Shown piece by piece: positions 55,006 through 64,000 of a stretch of DNA of 64,000 nt (its first letter is position 1; each line of letters opens with the position of its first letter). The notes below the pieces were generated by a model. The model saw only the letters and a list, made by a program, of their open reading frames with translations. It was not told the origin of the DNA and did not search any database. This DNA comes from Solirubrobacteraceae bacterium (GTDB lineage Bacteria; Actinomycetota; Thermoleophilia; Solirubrobacterales; Solirubrobacteraceae). Where the stretch lies: assembly GCA_036389485.1 (NCBI GenBank), contig DASVPR010000037.1:22972-86971 (forward strand). The letters run 5' to 3'. A program made the position numbers and the translations under genes.

Positions 55006-56460
55006 CTACATTTCGGAAACGAACCCCTCCCCCGGGGCGAGCCGCGCTGGCGCGCTGCCGCTGCGGCCGTGGGTGTGGCGGACGAGATCGCCGGCGGGCG
55101 GCGCGGGCCGCTCGTCGGGGGCCAGGTTCAGCGCGACGAGGCGCCGGCCGCGGCGGTAGGCGAGCACGCCCTCGGCCGCGTCGACGAGCTCGAGGCCCGG
55201 TGCGAAGCCGCGCCGCAGGGCGATGAGGTCGCGGTACAGGTGCAGCAGCGAGCCGGGGTCGCGCTCCTGCTCGGCGACGCCGCCGCCATGGACCGGCGTG
55301 GCGGGCAGCCAGGGGCGTTCGGCGGTGGTGAAGCCGCCGTGCCGCTCGGCGTCGGTCCACCGCATCGGGTGGCGGAAGGCGTCGCGGCCGAAGCGGTCGA
55401 CCGGCGGATCGCCGCCCGGCCCGTTCGCCATCCCGATCTCGTCGCCCTGGTAGACGAAGACGGTGCCGGGCAGCGTGAGCGCCAGCATCGCCGCGGCGCG
55501 CTCGTTGCCGTGCCCGACGCGGTCCGGGAGCCGGTCGAAGTCGTGGTTCGAGAGCACCCACGCGACGCCGCCGGGCGGCGCGGCCTCGATCGCCGCGCGC
55601 ACGGCGTCGACGTCCCACGGCGAGTGGAACAGCTCGAACGCGAAGGCGAGGTCGAGGTGCTCGAGGTAGGGGCCGAGGCCGGCGCTCGGCAGGTAGACCT
55701 CGCCGACGAGGAAGGCGTCCCCGGCGCCCTCGCGCAGCGCCGCCAGCGCCTCGCGGGTGTCCGGCGCGTTGCGCGAGTGCACGTGCTCGAGCGTCGCGTG
55801 CTCGGGGTGCAGCGGCAGGGGCGGCGGGCCGTTCGCGGGCGGGTCGTCGCGCAGCTGCGGGTCCTTCATCACCCGGTCGATCGCGTCGAGGCGGAAGCCG
55901 TCGACGCCGCGCTCGCGCCAGAAGCGCAGCACCCCGGCCATCGCCTCGCGGACCGACGGGTTGCGCCAGTTCAGGTCCGGCTGCTCCGGATAGAACGAGT
56001 GCAGGTACCACCGGCCGCTGACCTCGTCGCGCGACCACGCGCGCCCGCCGAACGACGCGATCCAGTTGTTCCGCGGCCCGTCGCGATCCGACCAGACGTA
56101 GAAGTCCGGGCGCTCCCGGAACCACGGGTGCGCGATCGAGGTGTGGCAGGGCACGATGTCCATCAGCAGCCTCAGCCCTCTGCCGTGCGCCTCGTCGAGC
56201 AGGGCGTCGAAGTCGGCCAGCGTCCCGAAGCGCGGATCGACGTCCTCGTAGTCGCTGACGTCGTAGCCGCCGTCGGCCATCGGCGACGGGTAGATCGGCG
56301 ACAGCCAGACCGCGTCGGCGCCCAGGGACGCGACGTGGTCGAGCCGCCGGCGGATGCCCAGGAGATCCCCTTCGCCGTCGCCGTCGGAGTCCTGGAAGGA
56401 CCGCGGGTAGATCTGGTAGACGACGGCGTCGCGCCACCACTGCTTGCTCGCGTCCGGCAC
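55006..56460 (-). CDS. GH13 alpha-glucosidase / oligo-1,6-glucosidase-family enzyme
   Basis: Diagnostic sequence: WWRDAVVYQIYPRSFQDSDGDGEGDL, DAVWLSPIYPSP, GVDGFRLDAI (nucleophile), FLVGEVY (acid/base) and LSNHDF. I chose the start at GTG 56460; the ORF is open to 56550. Confidence 0.8.
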   Translation of the reverse strand: MPDASKQWWRDAVVYQIYPRSFQDSDGDGEGDLLGIRRRLDHVASLGADAVWLSPIYPSPMADGGYDVSDYEDVDPRFGTLADFDALLDEAHGRGLRLLMDIVPCHTSIAHPWFRERPDFYVWSDRDGPRNNWIASFGGRAWSRDEVSGRWYLHSFYPEQPDLNWRNPSVREAMAGVLRFWRERGVDGFRLDAIDRVMKDPQLRDDPPANGPPPLPLHPEHATLEHVHSRNAPDTREALAALREGAGDAFLVGEVYLPSAGLGPYLEHLDLAFAFELFHSPWDVDAVRAAIEAAPPGGVAWVLSNHDFDRLPDRVGHGNERAAAMLALTLPGTVFVYQGDEIGMANGPGGDPPVDRFGRDAFRHPMRWTDAERHGGFTTAERPWLPATPVHGGGVAEQERDPGSLLHLYRDLIALRRGFAPGLELVDAAEGVLAYRRGRRLVALNLAPDERPAPPAGDLVRHTHGRSGSAPARLAPGEGFVSEM

Positions 56461-56482
56461 GGCGGGCAACCTTAGTCCGGCC

Positions 56483-57250
56483 GTGCCGACCCCTCTGATC
56501 GCCATCACCACGTCGGAGCTGCGCAAGCCGGGCAGCAGCGACGTCGCCACTCCGGCTCACTCGCAGGAGCCCGGCGGCCGCCGCGACCTCGCGCTCGCGC
56601 TCGCGTACCCGGGGGCCGTGGCCCGCGGCGGCGGCGCGCCGTTGATCGTGCCGCCGTTCTCGTCGGAGCGCGACGTCGAGACGATCCTGGACCGCGTCGA
56701 CGGCGTCATGGTCGCCGGCGGCCCCGACATCGATCCCTGCCTCTACGGCAAGGAGCCGCACCCGGAGCAGGGGCCGACGGACATCGGGCTGGACCGGTTC
56801 GAGATCGGCCTCGTCCGCCGCGCGCTCGAGCGCGACCTGCCGCTGCTCGGGATCTGCCGGGGCGCCGAGGTCCTCAACGTCGCGCGCGGCGGCACGCTGC
56901 TGCAGCACGTCACGGGACACCGCCAGGAGGAGGAGGGCCGGATCCCGACGCAGCATGTCCGGATCGAGGAGGGCTCTCGGGTCGCGGAGATCGTCGGCGC
57001 GACGGAGCTCGAGGTCAACACGTTCCACCACCAGGCGGTGGACGTCCTCGGCGGCGGCGTGCGCGCGGTGGCGTGGGCCGACGACGGCATCGTCGAGGCG
57101 ATCGAGCTCGCCGGGCCCGACTTCGCGATCGGCGTGCAGTGGCACGCCGAGGGGATGATCGACGAGCGCGCGCAATGTTCGCTGTTTGCGAGGTTCGCGT
57201 CCGCAGCACAGCGCTATCGCTCTCGCGCGATGCGCCCGCGCGCGGCATAA
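56483..57250 (+). CDS. gamma-glutamyl-GABA hydrolase-like class-I amidotransferase (peptidase C26, PuuD-like)
   Basis: Diagnostic sequence: PLIAITTS..., GGPDIDPCLYG, LPLLGICRGAEVLNVARGGTL, FHHQAV, and VQWHAE. I chose the start at GTG 56483; the ORF is open from 56444. Confidence 0.7.
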   Translation: MPTPLIAITTSELRKPGSSDVATPAHSQEPGGRRDLALALAYPGAVARGGGAPLIVPPFSSERDVETILDRVDGVMVAGGPDIDPCLYGKEPHPEQGPTDIGLDRFEIGLVRRALERDLPLLGICRGAEVLNVARGGTLLQHVTGHRQEEEGRIPTQHVRIEEGSRVAEIVGATELEVNTFHHQAVDVLGGGVRAVAWADDGIVEAIELAGPDFAIGVQWHAEGMIDERAQCSLFARFASAAQRYRSRAMRPRAA

Positions 57251-57302
57251 CTCGTTCAGAACTCGAGCCTGGCGTGTGAGCGCGCGTCACTCGGGAACCA
57301 AC

Positions 57303-58667
57303 ATGAGTGTGGATCTCGCGACGTACGACCCTGCCGACGTCTTCGACGAGGCCTTCGAGGCCCGAGGAGAGCCCCGGGAGCCGTATGGGGATGTCCTCGC
57401 GCGCCTGGAGCGACATGACCTCGAGCGCACGACGCGCGAGGTGCGCCGGCGGCTGGGCGCGGTGGGCTGCTGCTTCGGGCGCGGGGCCGACGCCGAGCCC
57501 TTCCGCATCGACCTCGTCCCCCGCGTCCTGACCCCCGAGGAGTGGGAGCCGCTGGCCTGCGGCCTCGAGCAGCGCGTGCGCGCGCTCGACGCGTTCATCG
57601 CCGACGCGTACGGCGAGCGGCGGATCGTCGGCGAGGGCGTGCTGCCGGAGCGGATCCTGGCCGGCGCCGAGCACTACGAGCCCGAGCTGGCGCGGCTCCC
57701 GGCGCCGCGCGTGCGGATCGCGCTGGCCGGCCTCGACGTGATCCGGTGCGGCGACGGGTCGTTCCGCGTGCTCGAGGACAACCTGCGCACGCCTTCCGGC
57801 CTCGCCTACGCGTTCGCCGCGCGCGAGGCGGTCGGCTCGCTGCTCGGCCGCGACGGCCCGCTCCCGATCGAGCAGCCGGCGGTCGAGGGGCTCGGCCGCG
57901 CGCTGCGGGCGGCGGCGCCGGGCGGCAAGGACGACCCGCGCATCGCGCTGCTCACCGACGGGCCGTCGAACACCGCGTTCTGGGAGCACGAGCGGCTCGC
58001 GCAGCTGCTCGACATCGAGCTCGTCACGCTCGAGGAGCTGCGGGTCGGGTGCGTCGACGTCGTCTACCGGCGGACCGACGAGGACACGCTGCGCGGCGCG
58101 GGGAACGCCTTCACGCGCGTCGGCCAGGCGCTGCTCGGCGCCCTGCGCGCGGGCACGCTCGCGTGCGTGAACGCGCTCGGCAACGGCGTGGCGGACGACA
58201 AGCTGGTGCACGCGTACGTCGAGGACATGATCCGCTTCTACCTCGGCGAGGAGCCGCGGGTGCGCTCGGTGGCGACCTTCGACCTGACGAGGGCCGGCTG
58301 CCTGGAGGAGGTCCTCGACCGGCTCGACGAGATGGTCGTCAAGCCGCGCGCGTCGCACGGCGGCGAGGGCGTCTTCATCGGGCCGACCGCCGGCGACGCC
58401 GAGCGCGACCGCATCGCCGAGCTGCTGCGCGAGGCGCCGGAGGCCTGGATCGCGCAGGAGACCGTCTACTTCTCGCGCCATCCGACCGTCATCGACGGGA
58501 CGCTCGAGCCGCGCCACGTCGACCTGCGCGCGTTCGTGACGTTCGACGGCGAGACCGCGACCGCCGTGCCGGGCGGGCTGTCGCGCGTGGCGTTCGACGA
58601 GGGCGAGCTGGTCGTCAACTCGTCGCGCGGCGGCGGGGCGAAGGACACCTGGGTGCTGCACGCATGA
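57303..58667 (+). CDS. circularly permuted ATP-grasp type-2 protein (former DUF404/DUF407 family)
   Basis: Diagnostic sequence: FRIDLVPRVL, FRVLEDNLRTPSG, NALGNGVADDKLVHAYVEDMIRFYLGEEP, MVVKPRASHGGEGVFIG, and NSSRGGGAKDTWVL. Confidence 0.7.
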   Translation: MSVDLATYDPADVFDEAFEARGEPREPYGDVLARLERHDLERTTREVRRRLGAVGCCFGRGADAEPFRIDLVPRVLTPEEWEPLACGLEQRVRALDAFIADAYGERRIVGEGVLPERILAGAEHYEPELARLPAPRVRIALAGLDVIRCGDGSFRVLEDNLRTPSGLAYAFAAREAVGSLLGRDGPLPIEQPAVEGLGRALRAAAPGGKDDPRIALLTDGPSNTAFWEHERLAQLLDIELVTLEELRVGCVDVVYRRTDEDTLRGAGNAFTRVGQALLGALRAGTLACVNALGNGVADDKLVHAYVEDMIRFYLGEEPRVRSVATFDLTRAGCLEEVLDRLDEMVVKPRASHGGEGVFIGPTAGDAERDRIAELLREAPEAWIAQETVYFSRHPTVIDGTLEPRHVDLRAFVTFDGETATAVPGGLSRVAFDEGELVVNSSRGGGAKDTWVLHA

Positions 58668-59823
58668 GCCGCTTCGAGCGTCGCCGCCGCTGGAGCGAGT
58701 GGCCGGCCGAGGGCACCCCATGGAGCGTCGGGATCGAGGAGGAGGTCATGCTCCTCGAGCCCTCGACCTGGGCGCTGGCGCAATGCGTCGAGGAGGTCCT
58801 CGAGGCGCTGCCGAGCGACGTGCGGAGCGCGGTCTGCTCCGAGACCCACAGCGGCGCGATCGAGCTGAACACGCGCCCATTCGCGACGGTGGCCGAGGCC
58901 GCGGCCGACCTGGGCTCGCTGCGCTCGCACCTGGCCGGCGTGCTGGACGGGCTCGGCCTGCGTGCCGGCTGCTCGGGGACGCACCCGTTCGCGGACTGGC
59001 AGGAGATGCGGGTCGCGGCGGCCGACCGCCACCAGGAGGTCGCCGGGTCGATGCGCGAGCTGGCGCGGCGAGAGCCGACGTTCGCGCTGCACGTGCACGT
59101 CGCGGTGCCGACGGCGAGCGCGGCGATGTCGGCGGCGAACCAGCTGCGCGCCCACCTGCCGATCCTGCTCGCGGTCTCCGCGAACTCGCCCTACTGGCAG
59201 GGGCGCGACACCGGCCTGGCGAGCGCGCGGACCCCGCTCTTCCAGGCGTTCCCGCGCGTCGGCATCCCCCGCGCGTTCGCGTCGTACAGCGACTGGGTCG
59301 AGACCGTCGACCTCCTCATCCGCTGCGAGGCCTTCCCGGACCACACGTTCCTCTGGTGGGACGTCCGGCTGCAGCCGCGCTACGGCACGGTCGAGGTGCG
59401 GATCATGGACGCGCAGTGCTCGGTCGAGCGCGCGGCGGCGCTGACCGCGCTCGTCCAGTGCCTCGTGCGCCTGGAGGCGACCGAGGGCTTCGCGCCCGCG
59501 CACCTCATCCACGCCCAGGAGGTGCTCGAGGAGAACCGCTTCCTCGCCGCCCGCGACGGCGTCGACGCCGCGCTCATCGACCCGTCGCGCGAGACGCGCG
59601 TCCCCGTCCGCGAGCTGATCGAGCCGATGCTCGAGGCGTGCGCGCCCCACGCCGCCGACCTCCGTTGCGAGGCCGAGCTGGCGCTCGTGCGTCTGCTCGT
59701 CGACGAGGGCGGCGCCCGGCGGCAGCGGATGCTGGGGGGCCCGCGCCGCGACGACCAGCGCCGGCTCGTCGCGACGCTCAGCGAGGCGTTCGCGCCCGCG
59801 CCCGTCCGCGTGCCCGTGCGCGC

Positions 59824-59827
<4 letters not shown>
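58664..59827 (+). CDS. carboxylate-amine ligase, glutamate-cysteine ligase family 2 (YbdK-like)
   Basis: Diagnostic sequence: GIEEEVMLLEP, SGAIELNT, HVHVAVP, NSPYWQGRDTGLASAR, and WWDVRLQPRYGTVEVRIMD. It overlaps the ATP-grasp gene by ATGA. Confidence 0.8.

Positions 59828-64000
<4,173 letters not shown>

Overview
This is a very GC-rich, densely coding chromosomal segment. Off-frame ORFs are Arg/Ala/Pro-rich and real genes have near-saturated GC3. It looks like an actinobacterium, possibly a Thermoleophilia/Solirubrobacterales-like lineage, but that is inference from protein style only. I call about 53 protein genes, many joined by ATGA/GTGA start-stop overlaps. I found no rRNA, tRNA, CRISPR array, transposase or integrase.

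Gene order, left to right:
- Five translationally coupled Mce/MlaD genes (the first is cut by the window edge), followed by a patatin lipase.
- A lipoprotein, a 27-aa micro-ORF and an internally duplicated membrane protein.
- A PaaK-like ligase with a TetR regulator, divergent from an exported ThuA-domain protein.
- A TAT small subunit, GMC oxidoreductase and secreted protein operon.
- A SpoU/TrmH methyltransferase.
- Two exported proteins (one RTX-like) downstream of a 1208-aa SARP-ATPase-LuxR regulator, which is divergent from a second LAL regulator.
- An alpha/beta hydrolase, then a 910-aa polytopic membrane protein with a Vps62/DUF946-like domain.
- leuA.
- A Cys-rich secreted protein, a second secreted protein and an LVIVD beta-propeller protein.
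- A seven-gene FAD oxidase, sulfotransferase, PotADBC and GATase1 operon.
- An Rhs/YD-repeat toxin locus of lower GC, with a small membrane ORF downstream and a degenerate LuxR-type response regulator upstream.
- ybaK-like and ParB/Srx-like genes.
- A TetR regulator beside a frameshifted alpha/beta hydrolase.
- A GH13 glucosidase plus sugar ABC transporter operon.
- A C26 amidohydrolase, circularly permuted ATP-grasp and GCS2 ligase cassette.
- serA, serC, ilvC and a partial methyltransferase.

The most interesting candidate is the Sec-exported Rhs protein. Its post-DPxG cargo is a 91-aa glycine-zipper peptide with a poly-acidic then poly-arginine tail, and it overlaps (TTGA) a 71-aa two-TM ORF that is a plausible immunity protein.

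All family names come from motif recognition by eye. No database search was run.
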